From assembly GCA_963732385.1 (NCBI GenBank), contig CAVSZB010000003.1, forward strand, positions 160,001-224,000: a stretch of 64,000 nucleotides of DNA, read 5' to 3'. A model generated the notes under the pieces. It made no database searches. It was not told the DNA's origin and was given only the letters and a program-made list of their open reading frames with translations. Both the position numbers and the translations under genes were made by a program. Numbering within the stretch: position 1 is the first letter of the stretch; the number at the start of each line of letters is the position of its first letter. This DNA is from an uncultured bacterium. GTDB taxonomy: Bacteria > Krumholzibacteriota > Krumholzibacteriia > LZORAL124-64-63. This document shows positions 9,285 to 19,545 of the stretch, piece after piece.

Positions 9285-10787
9285 TTGCCAAGTCTCGGAT
9301 CCGACGCCAAACCCCGCGCCGTCCGCCGGTCCCCCTGGACGCCGGCCCGGCTGTGGGGCCGGCTCTCGAACATGCGCTTCGCAATCTGGCTGCTGTTGCT
9401 CATGGCCATCGGCAGCATCGTGGGCGTGATCGTCAGCGACCAGTTTCCGACCGACCGGATGAACTGGGAACAGCTCGCCGAGAAGAAGGCGGGACCGGCG
9501 CTGTTCCCGATCCTGAAATTCTTCGGCATGTTCGACCCCTTCCGGTCGTGGTGGTTCCGCGGCCTGGTGGGGCTGCTGACGCTGGCGCTGCTGGCCTGCG
9601 CGATCAAGCGCGCCCGCGGCGTCTGGCGGCGCGCGCTGTTCGCGAGCTGGATCGATCACCCGCGTTTCTTCGAGCGCTACGACAATCGCGCCACGTACGA
9701 TTGCAAGGGCGACGATCCGTTCGCCATGATCACCGGGCCGCTGCGGCGCGCCCTGTACAGAGTGGAGCGCCGGCCCGGACCCGGGGACGCGCTCCTGCTG
9801 GCGGCGAATCGCGGCGGTCCGGCCCGCTTCGGTCCGTTCCTGAGCCACGCCGGCCTGCTGTTCCTGCTGGTGGGCGGCCTCGTCTCCACCGTGTTCGGCC
9901 TCAAGACGATGCTCTGGCTGGCGCCGGGCGAGAGTTCCGGCATGCTCACCGTCGGTGATATGGGCGAGCAGGAGCACGCGCTGCCGTTCACGATCACCGT
10001 CGACGATTTCAACGTCGAGTTGAACGAGCAGGGGATGGTCAAACAGTACCGCTCCGACCTCTCGGTCACGCCGCGCGTCGGCGAGACCTTCAAACAGCAG
10101 ATCGCGGTGAACCACCCGTTGCGTTACGGTGGCTACAACTTCTACCAGGCCAGCTACCAGCCGGCCCACGACCGGGTGAAGAGCCTGATCGCGGCGGTGC
10201 GCGACACGTCCGGCAACGAGCTGTCGCCGGCGCGCGAGGTGCGCTTCGGCGAACGCCTGCCGCTCGGCGGCGGGTTCGAGGCGGAGGCGACGCGCTATCT
10301 GTCGGACGCGCGGGTCGGTCCCAACGGCCTGCAGAATGTCTCGCCCGACCCCAACAACCCCGCCTTCCTCTTCCGCATCCTGCAGGACGGGCGGCAGGTC
10401 GGCACCCAGTGGGTGTTCGCGCGCTTCCCTGACCTGGCGATGGGGGACTGGACGGAGCGGCGGGTGGCCGTGCAGAACTTCGAGCCGGCCTACGCGACCG
10501 GACTCGAGGTCACGCGGGCGCCGTTCGTCGGCCTGATCTGGGCCGGCCTGTTGCTGAGCACGGTCGGTCTCGTGCTGTCGTTCAACGTGGCGCACCGGCA
10601 GCTCTGGGCCCATGCCGAACCGGACGGCCGGGGGGGATGGCAGGTCCACGTGGCGGTGTTCACCAACCGGGCCAGCCTGCTCTTCGGCCAGGACTTCCGT
10701 CGCTGGGCCGAGAAGTGGGGCGCCGACCCCGGCGTCAGGAACCTGCGCGTGGCGACGCGCGCGGATGCAAAGGAGAAGGCCGCTTGA
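9285..10787 (+). CDS. resB: Cytochrome c biogenesis protein ResB/Ccs1 (system II)
   Basis: 'LSNMRFAIWLLLLMAIGSIVG', 'DPFRSWWF', 'GPFLSHAGLL' heme His, 'IAVNHPLRYGGYNFYQASY'; start uncertain (TTG 9285 or ATG 9372). Confidence 0.88.
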   Translation: MPSLGSDAKPRAVRRSPWTPARLWGRLSNMRFAIWLLLLMAIGSIVGVIVSDQFPTDRMNWEQLAEKKAGPALFPILKFFGMFDPFRSWWFRGLVGLLTLALLACAIKRARGVWRRALFASWIDHPRFFERYDNRATYDCKGDDPFAMITGPLRRALYRVERRPGPGDALLLAANRGGPARFGPFLSHAGLLFLLVGGLVSTVFGLKTMLWLAPGESSGMLTVGDMGEQEHALPFTITVDDFNVELNEQGMVKQYRSDLSVTPRVGETFKQQIAVNHPLRYGGYNFYQASYQPAHDRVKSLIAAVRDTSGNELSPAREVRFGERLPLGGGFEAEATRYLSDARVGPNGLQNVSPDPNNPAFLFRILQDGRQVGTQWVFARFPDLAMGDWTERRVAVQNFEPAYATGLEVTRAPFVGLIWAGLLLSTVGLVLSFNVAHRQLWAHAEPDGRGGWQVHVAVFTNRASLLFGQDFRRWAEKWGADPGVRNLRVATRADAKEKAA

Positions 10788-11659
10788 CGACGCAACTCGT
10801 TCCCGGCGGGGCGTGGGTCCTCGGGGCGGCCTTCACCGGCGCCCCCGACAGCGCCCTGTTCACGGTCACCTTCGCGCTGTATCTGCTGTCGTTCCTGGCC
10901 TTCGTCGTCTTCGGGGCGACGAAGCGGCCGCCGCTCGCGCGCGCGGCCACCGCGCTGATCGCGCTGGGCGTGGTTGCGCACACGGCGGCCATCATCGTGC
11001 GCTGGCGGGCGTCCGGCCACGTGCCGTTCGCCAACATGTACGAGTACGCGAACATCATGGCCTGGATGGCCGTGGTCTCGTTCCTCATCATCATGTGGCG
11101 CTACAACAAGCCGATCATCGGCGTGGTCGTGTCGCCGCTGGTGGTGATCCTGATCGTCAGCGCCTCGATGCTGCCCAACGACGTCACGCAGCAGCTCGTG
11201 CCGGCGCTGCAGAGCTACTGGCTGCCGATCCACGTGGTGCTCGCCGCGCTGGGCGAGGGGGCGTTCCTGGTCGCCACGGCGGTCAGCGTGATGTACCTGA
11301 TCGTGTCCCGCCGGCGTTTGCGCGCCGCGGCCGACGCCTCGCCGGGAGGGATCTCCCTCGAGATGCTCGAGGAGATCAACTACAAGGCGCTCAGCATCGG
11401 CTACCCCCTGTTCACGGTCGGAGCGCTGTTCGCCGGCGCCGTCTGGGCCTACGAGGCGTGGGGCTCGTTCTGGAGCTGGGACCCGAAGGAAGTGGGCGCG
11501 CTCGTGGTCTGGCTCTTCTACACCCTGTTCCTGCATGGCCGCTACAATCGCGGCTGGCGCGGGCGCAAGGCCGCCTGGATGTCGGTGCTCGGCTTCATCA
11601 TGATTCTGGCGAGCTTCTTCGGGAATCTCGTGCTGGGCGGGCAGCACGCCTACGGATGA
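10784..11659 (+). CDS. ccsA: Cytochrome c biogenesis protein ResC/CcsA (system II heme ligase)
   Basis: TTG start overlapping the resB stop after AGGAG; 'PALQSYWLPIHV', WWD motif 'WGSFWSWDPKE', terminal 'GGQHAY'. Confidence 0.93.
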   Translation: MTTQLVPGGAWVLGAAFTGAPDSALFTVTFALYLLSFLAFVVFGATKRPPLARAATALIALGVVAHTAAIIVRWRASGHVPFANMYEYANIMAWMAVVSFLIIMWRYNKPIIGVVVSPLVVILIVSASMLPNDVTQQLVPALQSYWLPIHVVLAALGEGAFLVATAVSVMYLIVSRRRLRAAADASPGGISLEMLEEINYKALSIGYPLFTVGALFAGAVWAYEAWGSFWSWDPKEVGALVVWLFYTLFLHGRYNRGWRGRKAAWMSVLGFIMILASFFGNLVLGGQHAYG

Positions 11660-11705
11660 TCGCTGGCGTCCGGCCGGCCGCCGCACAAAGGATCGCCGAC
11701 AAACA

Positions 11706-11737
11706 GAACGGTCGGCGCCACGGGGCGCCGACCGTTC
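11706..11737. terminator. Hairpin between convergent ccsA and LamG genes (probable bidirectional terminator)
   Basis: Perfect 14-bp stem GAACGGTCGGCGCC / GGCGCCGACCGTTC with a 4-nt loop. Confidence 0.7.
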
Positions 11738-11755
11738 GCGTCGGGGGATCAGGGA

Positions 11756-12538
11756 TCAGAAGTTCTCCCGCCACTGCAGGCGCGTGAAGCTGGCGCCGGC
11801 GTTCATCTCGTCCACGATCTCGGCCGCGGTGAGGGCGCGCTTCCAGATCTTCACCTCGTCTAGCGTGCCGGGAAAGGCGTTTTCCCACTCCCCGACCGCC
11901 TCGGCCAGCGCCCCCACGCCCAGCGGCAGGCTGGCGTTGCTGCTCACGTTCACGGTCCCCGTGCAGGCCGAGTTGCCGAGTTGAACGCCGTCCAGGTAGA
12001 CCCGCAGCCGGCTGCCGTCGTAGGTGCCGGCCACGTGGTACCAGGTTCCGGCCGACAGGCCGGCGCCGGGGATCGTCGCCGTCAGCGTGCGGCGGGACGA
12101 GCCGACGATCACGCTGAACGGGATGCGCTTGTCGTTGGCGTGCAACTCGAGCTGCCAGTCGGTGGCCTCCGAGCGGCCGACGAGCGTCTGCTCGTCGTTG
12201 TCCGTGCCGGTCAGCTTCAGCCACGCCATGACCGTCAGACCGGTTGTCACCCGCAGGCTCGTGTGCCACGGCACCTGGATGTAGCGCGCGCCGGTCGAGG
12301 TCAGCCCTTCGAACAGGAGCGCCCCGCCGCGATGACCCGTGACCCAGTCGGGCCCGTTCACCCCCGCCACGACCGTGCCGTTGTTGGCCAGCCCGGAGGA
12401 ATCGACCGCGGCCGTGCCGCTGGTCGCGTCGAGCTTCAGGTACAGGATCAGGTCAGGATCGGCCGCGCGCGCCGGCGCGGCAAGCCACACCACGGTCGCC
12501 AGCGCGAACGTCAGGAACGAATTGCGGCGCAACGACAT
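11756..12538 (-). CDS. Secreted LamG/concanavalin A-like domain protein
   Basis: Signal peptide; 'DSSGLANNG', 'TVMAW', 'WYHVAGTYDG...VYLDG', 'FPGTLDEVKIWKRALTAAEI'. Confidence 0.88.
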   Translation of the reverse strand: MSLRRNSFLTFALATVVWLAAPARAADPDLILYLKLDATSGTAAVDSSGLANNGTVVAGVNGPDWVTGHRGGALLFEGLTSTGARYIQVPWHTSLRVTTGLTVMAWLKLTGTDNDEQTLVGRSEATDWQLELHANDKRIPFSVIVGSSRRTLTATIPGAGLSAGTWYHVAGTYDGSRLRVYLDGVQLGNSACTGTVNVSSNASLPLGVGALAEAVGEWENAFPGTLDEVKIWKRALTAAEIVDEMNAGASFTRLQWRENF

Positions 12539-12647
12539 GACAGTAACCTCCGCCGGACGCGGCCGTGCGCCGGCCCCTTCTTATCGGCGGCGGCGGCAGG
12601 GGCTGTAGGGGCAGAGGGGCGGCGGCGTGACAGGTCCGCCGGCCCGC

Positions 12648-13949
12648 TCAGCGGATCCGGGGGGGGGCGGTGGGGCTGAATACGATGGTGGCGGTGCGGA
12701 CGGCGCTGAACCAGTCATTGCGGAACTGACCGTAGACGACCTTTGTCCCGGGCAGGATACGCAGACTGTCGGGGTCAGCGCTGAATGTAAATTCGCTGGC
12801 GGCGGCCCAGGCAAGCCACGGCACGGACGGAAAAGCGGGGTCTTCGCTGAAGCGCATTTCGGTGGCGACGGCGACGCTGGCCAGTGCGACCGACGGCTCA
12901 AGGGTGACGGCGGCGCCGCCGGCGAGCTGGAAGCTGGCGGAGGCGAGATCGTCCGGCTCGCAGAGCAGGCTGTCCACGAACGTGTAGCCGAAGTCCCCCT
13001 CGAACTCCCCGTACAGCCATTGCGGTGACGCCGCGGCGCCGAGAACATCGCCGGTGAACCAGGCGTGGTCGGTCACGAACGAATCGGGCGCGGCCCAGGT
13101 CATCGCCGACAGTTCCGCGCGCGTCGGCGCGAAACGCAGACGGGTCATGCCGGCGCTGCCGGGGATATCCAGGGTGAGACGGCGCGTGGCCAGGGTCGCC
13201 GGCAGGGCGCGAATCTGGAGGTCGGGTCGGAACGACGTCACCACGGAGTCGTGCGTGACGAGCGAGAACACCGCGCCCGTCTTCACGCGCAGCCAGACCC
13301 ACATGCGCTGGCCGTTGGCGGTCGCGGCGCCGAGATCCCATGTCACATGGTTGGTGTCGGTCGTGCTCGCAACCAGGCGCAGCGCGCCGGCGAACGTGGC
13401 GTTGTCCGCGATTTCCAGCGAATCGCCCGCCGCGGTCACGATCGAGAGGGTGACGTGGCGTGTCGGCGTGGTCTGGGCGCCGCCGGCGATGTCGAGACGG
13501 GGATACGTCAGGCCGGCCGCCGCCACCTGGCGCGACGTTCCCGATACCTCTCCCGCCGTGTTGCGCGCGCGCACCTTGTAGTAGTTGACCCGGTTGGGGA
13601 CGAACGAGGTGTCGAAATAGCTGTTCACGTCGGCAGTCGTTGCGTCAACGGAGTAAAAATTCTGGTTGTCGAGAGAACGCCGCACTTCGTAGGCCGCGAT
13701 GTCGGAGAATGGGGGCGCGTCCCAGAGCAGGACGACCGCGTTCTCCGTCGCGAGGGCGGTCAGATGGAACGGATCGGCGGCCTCCGGATCGAACGGATTG
13801 GTCCAGGCGGGGGAGTCGGGCTTGCGCGCGCAGCCCGGGGCGAAGGTTGCAGTCAGCAACCCCAGCAACCCGAGCAGACCCAGAAACGCCGCGGGTGCGA
13901 GGCGAACGGGGGAGCGGGCGGTGAAGCGGCGGTGGCGCATCGCGGACAT
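12648..13949 (-). CDS. Lipoprotein with fibronectin type III domain
   Basis: Lipobox-like 'APGC'; 'NPFDP'; 'VVLLWD...AAYEVRRS...YFD...NYYKVRARN'. Confidence 0.7.
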   Translation of the reverse strand: MSAMRHRRFTARSPVRLAPAAFLGLLGLLGLLTATFAPGCARKPDSPAWTNPFDPEAADPFHLTALATENAVVLLWDAPPFSDIAAYEVRRSLDNQNFYSVDATTADVNSYFDTSFVPNRVNYYKVRARNTAGEVSGTSRQVAAAGLTYPRLDIAGGAQTTPTRHVTLSIVTAAGDSLEIADNATFAGALRLVASTTDTNHVTWDLGAATANGQRMWVWLRVKTGAVFSLVTHDSVVTSFRPDLQIRALPATLATRRLTLDIPGSAGMTRLRFAPTRAELSAMTWAAPDSFVTDHAWFTGDVLGAAASPQWLYGEFEGDFGYTFVDSLLCEPDDLASASFQLAGGAAVTLEPSVALASVAVATEMRFSEDPAFPSVPWLAWAAASEFTFSADPDSLRILPGTKVVYGQFRNDWFSAVRTATIVFSPTAPPRIR

Positions 13950-13966
13950 CCTCCCTGAGCGACCGG

Positions 13967-14746
13967 TCAGAAGCGGGCGGTCCAGCCGACATGCAGCGCG
14001 GCGCCGGCCGTAGACGGTGCTCCCGCCGTCACGGTTTCCGCCGCGGACGCTGAGGCCGCCGCCCCCTCAGGCAGGAGCCCCGCGCCCGTATCGAATGACG
14101 GAAAGCGCAACCAGGCGTCGAGCACGCTGACGACAATTGCGCCGGCAGCCACGAGCAGGCCGGTCCGGCGCAGCGACTCCGCATCTTCCACCCGGGTCCA
14201 CGCCGCCGCGGCTTCGGCGCGCCGCGCAACGATCTCCTCGTCCGTGATGGCGTTAAGGTAGGCGTCGTAGATCACCGCGTAGTCGTCGCGCCGGTTGCGC
14301 AACGACAATTCGCCGACCAGTCCGGTCACCAGACCGCCCGCCTCGAGGCCGGTCAGGGCCCAGCCGAGCGCCGGCCGTCCAATATGCTGTTGCCCCAGCC
14401 CGGCGAACACGAGGCTGAAGAGCGCGCTGTCGCGACGGCGCAGCGGGATCAGGCGGGCGTAAAGGCGATGCGCGTCGCTTTCGTGGGCGATCAGGACGTC
14501 TGCATTGAACGGCTCGTAGCCGCGCAGCGCGCAGGTCACGACATGCAGGCCCGGCGTCAGCGAAACGGGCGAGACCAGCGGCAGCCGCCCTGACGGGGCG
14601 CCGTCGACAGTGACGGCCGTGCCGGCCGGACCGTCGATTTCCAGGGTCGCGGCGGCGGCCATGGTGGTGGCGAGCAGGAGGGCCAGGACCGCGGAGCCGG
14701 CGAACAGCCGTCCAGGGACCGCAACAGGCAAAGGCGCGAAACGCAT
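13967..14746 (-). CDS. PEGA-domain membrane/surface protein
   Basis: 'GPAGTAVTVDG...GRLPL...LTPGLHVVT...GYEPF' PEGA pattern followed by 'SLVFAGLGQ' and hydrophobic segments; start estimated. Confidence 0.7.
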   Translation of the reverse strand: MRFAPLPVAVPGRLFAGSAVLALLLATTMAAAATLEIDGPAGTAVTVDGAPSGRLPLVSPVSLTPGLHVVTCALRGYEPFNADVLIAHESDAHRLYARLIPLRRRDSALFSLVFAGLGQQHIGRPALGWALTGLEAGGLVTGLVGELSLRNRRDDYAVIYDAYLNAITDEEIVARRAEAAAAWTRVEDAESLRRTGLLVAAGAIVVSVLDAWLRFPSFDTGAGLLPEGAAASASAAETVTAGAPSTAGAALHVGWTARF

Positions 14747-14919
14747 GGGCGGCAGCCTTCCCGGGGCGGCAGGTTCATGTTGAGTTGAGCGCCCGCACAT
14801 TATAGGCCACGCCACCGACGGCGCAAAGCACGACCTCCCGCCCGTCCTGCCACCCGGGCATGGCGGCAGGGACTTGTTGCCGACGCAGGAGGTGAGCAGG
14901 GGAGGGCTGGTCAGGCGGC

Positions 14920-15354
14920 TCAATCCCGGTGGTACGCGTGCCCCTTCAGGATCGTCAGGCCGCGGTAGATCTGCTCGGTCAGCAGCAGGCGGGCCAGTTC
15001 GTGGGGGAGGGTCAGGGTGGACAGGCGCACGGTGCGCGCGGCGCGGGCGCGGACGGCGGCGCCGAGGCCGTCGGGGCCGCCGATCAGGAAATCGATCGCG
15101 CCGTGGCGCCCGAGCAGGTCGGCCAGACCGCGGGAGGTCAGTTCGTCGCCCCGCTCGTCGAGCGCCACCACCAGGGAGTGGCCGGCTGCGGAACCGAGGC
15201 GGCGCAACATGGCCTCCGCCTCGCGGTCGGGCCCCTCGTCGCGCAGTTCAACGGTTTCGAAGGGGGCCAGGGGGCGGATGCGCTGCGCGTATTCCTCCAC
15301 TAATGCCGCAATTCGGCGCTCTTTGAGTCGCCCCACGGCGATAACGCGGATCAT
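14920..15354 (-). CDS. rlmH: 23S rRNA (pseudouridine1915-N3)-methyltransferase RlmH
   Basis: 'IAVGRLK', 'LDERG', 'FLIGGPDG', 'TLPHELARLLLTEQIYRG...YHR'. Confidence 0.95.
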   Translation of the reverse strand: MIRVIAVGRLKERRIAALVEEYAQRIRPLAPFETVELRDEGPDREAEAMLRRLGSAAGHSLVVALDERGDELTSRGLADLLGRHGAIDFLIGGPDGLGAAVRARAARTVRLSTLTLPHELARLLLTEQIYRGLTILKGHAYHRD

Positions 15355-15546
15355 TCTTATCTCCTTCGGAATAAAGGAGCTTAACAAGTTCTTGATTCCT
15401 TGGACAGCCCTCCCTTATTTTGTCGCGGCAACCGATCCGTCCGGCGCCGCCGCGCGGTCTGCCCGCCCGGCGGTCCGGAACCGCCGTAGCGGCCAGCTCG
15501 CCAGCCGTGTCGATCCCGGAACACCCAGTCAGGGGCAGTGGTATTG

Positions 15547-16005
15547 ATGAATTCTTCCATGCCTCCCGCCGCGGTCAGCAGTGGCGTACAGGCTGATTTT
15601 GCGACCGTCCTCATCTTTATCCTGTTCGGGATATTTTTCGGCCTCCTCGCGCTGGGCATCGCCCGGCTGCTGCGGCCGAATCATCCCACCCCGGAGAAGC
15701 TGACTACCTACGAGTGCGGAGAGCTGCCGCGCGGCTCGTCGTGGGTGCGCTTCAATGTCCGGTTCTATCTGGTGGCGCTGTTCTTCATCGTCTTTGACGT
15801 CGAGGTCATCTTCCTCTTCCCGTGGGCGGTCGTTTTCCGCCAGTTCCTGGGGGTGAGCGGCCTCGGCGCGCTCGTCTTCTGGGAGATGGTCCTGTTTCTG
15901 ACGATTCTCGCGGCGGGGCTGGCGTATGTCTGGGGCAAGGGGGACCTCGACTGGGTCCGGAGCCTGGCCGCCCGTCCGTCGGGCGAGGAGGTGGCGGCCG
16001 AATGA
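15547..16005 (+). CDS. nuoA: NADH-quinone oxidoreductase subunit A
   Basis: 'TYECGE', '[15 protein letters not shown]', 'WGKGDLDW'; exact start uncertain. Confidence 0.93.
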   Translation: MNSSMPPAAVSSGVQADFATVLIFILFGIFFGLLALGIARLLRPNHPTPEKLTTYECGELPRGSSWVRFNVRFYLVALFFIVFDVEVIFLFPWAVVFRQFLGVSGLGALVFWEMVLFLTILAAGLAYVWGKGDLDWVRSLAARPSGEEVAAE

Positions 16006-16640
16006 CCGCCCGCGATTACATCCCCGAGAGCACCACGCCGCCGCCCGGTTACGATCCCGCCCGCGAGCAGATGCTCGATTTCGGCGTCGACGACGACCTG
16101 GCGAAGGTGGTCGACAGCGACCGCAAGAATTTCATCCTGACGACGCTCGACGAGGTGTTCAACTGGGCCAGGCTGTCGAGCATCTGGCCGGTCACCTTTG
16201 GCCTCGCCTGCTGCGCGATCGAGATGATGTCCGCGAGCGCGACACGCTATGACATCGACCGCTTCGGCGCCGGCGCGTTCCGGCCCACGCCGCGGCAGGC
16301 CGACCTCATGATCGTTTCGGGCACCGTCACCGCGAAAATGGCCTCGCGCCTCAAGCGCATCTACGACCAGATGCCCGAACCGAAATGGGTCGTGGCGATG
16401 GGTTCGTGCGCCATCGGCGGCGGGCCCTACTTCAAGTACGGTTACCACGTCGTCAAGGGCGTGGACCTGCTGGTGCCGGTCGATGTCTACATTCCGGGCT
16501 GCCCGCCGCGGCCGGAAGTGCTGTTCGACGGGCTGATGCGGCTGCAGGACAAGATCCGCGGGCGCCGGGGCAAATTCCGGCCGCCGGTCTGGGTGTCGGA
16601 ATACGCAAAGAAGATCCCGTACCAGAACACGGGCAAGTAA
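16002..16640 (+). CDS. nuoB: NADH-quinone oxidoreductase subunit B
   Basis: '[11 protein letters not shown]', 'TPRQAD', 'MGSC', 'IPGCPPRPE'. Confidence 0.95.
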   Translation: MTARDYIPESTTPPPGYDPAREQMLDFGVDDDLAKVVDSDRKNFILTTLDEVFNWARLSSIWPVTFGLACCAIEMMSASATRYDIDRFGAGAFRPTPRQADLMIVSGTVTAKMASRLKRIYDQMPEPKWVVAMGSCAIGGGPYFKYGYHVVKGVDLLVPVDVYIPGCPPRPEVLFDGLMRLQDKIRGRRGKFRPPVWVSEYAKKIPYQNTGK

Positions 16641-16649
16641 GGGGGGCGC

Positions 16650-17282
16650 ATGGAGCAGGCGGATATCCACGCGCTGCTGGTCGGGAAGTTCGGCGAAGCC
16701 GTCACCGGCTGGCGTGCCGACGGTCCGGAACCGTGCGCGGAGATCGCGCCGGCGCGGATCGCCGATGTGGCGCTCTTCCTGCGCGATGACCCGCGTCTCG
16801 CCTGCGATTCGCTGATGTGCCTGTCCGGCGTCGACTGGGACGGCTACGATGCGTCGGGCAAGGGCAAGAGCGTGGCGATACTCGGTTACGACGCCGATGG
16901 CAAGGCGCAGCGCAGCGAACGCGTCGGCACCGGTGACTTCGGCGTGGTCTACCACCTCTTCTCGAACACGCACCGCCACAAGTTCACGCTGCAGACGCGC
17001 GTGCCGCGGGCGGAACCGCAGCTGCCGACCGTTGGCGGGGTCTGGGTGACGGCCGCCTGGCATGAGCGCGAGGCGTTCGACCTCTTCGGTATCGTCTTCG
17101 AGGGCCACCCCGATCTCCGGCGCATCCTGCTCGAGGACGGCTGGGTCGGTCATCCGCTGCGCAAGGACTACCAGATGCCGGACCAGTGGGACGGCGTGCC
17201 GCTCGAGGGTCGATCTTACAGCGTCAGCCACGCGCAGCCGGTGCTGCCCCCGCCCGGCCCCGCGGCCCCCAGCGAAGGATGA
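16650..17282 (+). CDS. nuoC: NADH-quinone oxidoreductase subunit C
   Basis: 'WHEREAFDLFGIVFEGHPDLRRIL...GHPLRKDY'. Confidence 0.95.
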   Translation: MEQADIHALLVGKFGEAVTGWRADGPEPCAEIAPARIADVALFLRDDPRLACDSLMCLSGVDWDGYDASGKGKSVAILGYDADGKAQRSERVGTGDFGVVYHLFSNTHRHKFTLQTRVPRAEPQLPTVGGVWVTAAWHEREAFDLFGIVFEGHPDLRRILLEDGWVGHPLRKDYQMPDQWDGVPLEGRSYSVSHAQPVLPPPGPAAPSEG

Positions 17283-18457
17283 ACGGCATGGCCACCACGC
17301 ATGACGGCGTCCCCCCGCGGGACGACACCGGCTCGCTGCCGCGGATGAAGTCGGATCTGCTGGAGCTCAACATGGGGCCGCAGCATCCGTCCACGCACGG
17401 CGTGCTGCGCCTGCTCATCCACACCGACGGCGAGATCGTGCACTCGGTGCGCCCGTACATCGGCTACCTGCACCGCTGCGCTGAGAAGACCGCCGAGGGC
17501 TGCGACTACCGGCAGTGGATCGTCTATACGGACCGCTTCGACTATCTCGCCCCGATGAACTGCAACTTCGGCTACGTGGTGGCGGTGGAGAAGCTGCTGG
17601 GGATTGCGATTCCGGAGCGCGCCGACTACATCCGGGTCATCTGCGCCGAGCTGCAGCGCATCGCCAGCCATCTTATCGCCTTCGGCACCTTCGGGCTCGA
17701 CATGGGGGCCTGGACTCCTCTGCTGTACGCCTTCCGCGAGCGCGAGGTGATCCTGAACATTTTCGAGCGGCTGTGCGGCGGGCGGATGCTCTACAACTAC
17801 TACGACATCGGCGGCGTCCGCTTCGACCTTCCGGATCGCCTGGTTGAGGAAATCACGGAATTCCTCGACATCTTCGAGCCGAAGCTCGACGAGTACAACA
17901 CGCTGCTCAGCTACAACAAGATCTTCATCGAGCGCACCGCAGACGTGGGCGTGCTGAGCGTGGCCGACGCCCACGCGTTCGGCTGCACGGGGCCGGTGCT
18001 GCGCGGGTCCGGCGTGTCGTGGGACTGTCGTCGCGACGACCCGTACTCGGTCTATGACCGGTTCGAGTTCGACATCCCGGTCGGCCAGGGCGAGGTGGGC
18101 ACGGTCGGCGACTGCTGGGACCGGTACATGGTGCGCGTCCGCGAGATGGCGGAGTCGTGCCGTATCGTGCGGCAGGCCCTGAGCAGTCTGCCGGACGGCC
18201 CGGTGAAGTCGGACCAGGTGAAGAAAGTCGTGAAGGTGCCTGCGGGCGCGGCCTATACGCGCACGGAGAGCAGCAAGGGCGAACTGGGCTTCTACGTCGT
18301 CGCCGACGGCGGCGCCACGCCGTTCCGCCTGAAGGTGCGGTCGCCCTCGTTCTCCAATCTGCACGTGATCGAGAAGCTCGGGCCGGGTCAGATGATCTCG
18401 GATCTGGTGGCGGCCGTGGGCTCGCTGGACCTCGTTCTCGGGGAGATCGACAGGTAG
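17279..18457 (+). CDS. nuoD: NADH-quinone oxidoreductase subunit D
   Basis: 'NMGPQHPSTHGVLRL', 'GYLHR', 'DRFDY', C-terminal 'GEIDR'; no NiFe-binding CxxC. Confidence 0.95.
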   Translation: MNGMATTHDGVPPRDDTGSLPRMKSDLLELNMGPQHPSTHGVLRLLIHTDGEIVHSVRPYIGYLHRCAEKTAEGCDYRQWIVYTDRFDYLAPMNCNFGYVVAVEKLLGIAIPERADYIRVICAELQRIASHLIAFGTFGLDMGAWTPLLYAFREREVILNIFERLCGGRMLYNYYDIGGVRFDLPDRLVEEITEFLDIFEPKLDEYNTLLSYNKIFIERTADVGVLSVADAHAFGCTGPVLRGSGVSWDCRRDDPYSVYDRFEFDIPVGQGEVGTVGDCWDRYMVRVREMAESCRIVRQALSSLPDGPVKSDQVKKVVKVPAGAAYTRTESSKGELGFYVVADGGATPFRLKVRSPSFSNLHVIEKLGPGQMISDLVAAVGSLDLVLGEIDR

Positions 18458-18459
18458 CC

Positions 18460-19512
18460 ATGGATCAGGTGACCCGGTTGTTCACGGCCCTGGGCGGCGG
18501 CGCACTCGCGCCGCAGGTCCTGTTCGCGCTGGTCGGGCTGACGATGGCGCTGATCATGGCGCTGGTGATGGCGTCGTGCGCGATCGTCTTCACCTGGGCC
18601 GAACGCAAGGTGGCGGGCTACATCCAGAGCCGCTTCGGACCGATGCGCGTCGGCCGCTGGCACGGCGTCGGCCAGCCGATCGCCGATATGCTGAAGATCC
18701 TCCAGAAGGAGGACATCATTCCGGCCGAGGCCGACAAGCGGTTTTTCATCCTTGCGCCGTTCGTGCTCTTTCTCGGCTCGCTTCTGTCCTGGGCGGTGAT
18801 CCCGTTCGCGCCCGGGTTCCTGGCTGCCGACCTGGACACTGGCCTGCTCTTCATTTTCGCGGCCAGCAGCCTGGTCACGATCGGCATCCTGATGGCGGGC
18901 TGGGCCTCGAACAACAAGTGGTCGCTTTACGGGGCGGCGCGCGGCGCGGCGCAGATCGTCAGCTACGAGATCCCGCTCGCGCTGGCGGTGGTGCCGGTCG
19001 TTCTGTATGCCGGCTCGCTCAACATGACCGCCATCATCGACGCCCAGCAGGGCGGCTTCTGGCGCTGGTTCGTGTTCCGCAATCCATTCCTGTTCGTGTC
19101 GTTCTTCATCTACTACATCTGCTCCATCGCCGAGGTGAACCGCACCCCGTTCGACCTTCCCGAGACCGAATCGGAGCTGGTGGCCGGCTACCACACCGAG
19201 TATTCCGGGATGCGCTTCGCCTTCTTCTTCCTGGCCGAGTACGCGAACCTGTTCCTGGTTTCCTGCATCGCCACGGTCGTTTTCCTGGGCGGCTGGCAGC
19301 ACGCGATCCCCGGCGTGCACGTCGCGCCGGCCGCCGTGTTCCTGATCAAGGCGGTGCTGCTGGTTCTGGGGCAGATGTGGATCCGCTGGACGCTGCCGCG
19401 CCTGCGTGTCGACCAGCTCATGCACGTCTGCTGGAAAGTCATGATCCCGCTCGCGCTCCTCTGTCTGGTGGGCGCGGGCTTTTGGCTGATGGCGTTCAGC
19501 CGGCCGGCCTGA
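18460..19512 (+). CDS. nuoH: NADH-quinone oxidoreductase subunit H
   Basis: 'ERKVAGYIQSRFGP', 'ASNNKWS', 'AEVNRTPFDLPETESELVAGYHTEYSG'. Confidence 0.95.
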   Translation: MDQVTRLFTALGGGALAPQVLFALVGLTMALIMALVMASCAIVFTWAERKVAGYIQSRFGPMRVGRWHGVGQPIADMLKILQKEDIIPAEADKRFFILAPFVLFLGSLLSWAVIPFAPGFLAADLDTGLLFIFAASSLVTIGILMAGWASNNKWSLYGAARGAAQIVSYEIPLALAVVPVVLYAGSLNMTAIIDAQQGGFWRWFVFRNPFLFVSFFIYYICSIAEVNRTPFDLPETESELVAGYHTEYSGMRFAFFFLAEYANLFLVSCIATVVFLGGWQHAIPGVHVAPAAVFLIKAVLLVLGQMWIRWTLPRLRVDQLMHVCWKVMIPLALLCLVGAGFWLMAFSRPA

Positions 19513-19545
19513 CGGTCTGGCGCCGGACGCCCCGGGAGAGGCCCC

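Noticed and set aside
12659..12667. G9 run near the 3' end of the FN3 lipoprotein as a phase-variation tract
   Set aside because: It lies in the last few codons, so slippage would alter only the extreme C-terminus; no evidence of a disrupted domain.
17279..18457. Group 4 NiFe hydrogenase large subunit
   Set aside because: No N- or C-terminal CxxC Ni ligands; has the quinone-site His/Tyr motifs of NuoD.
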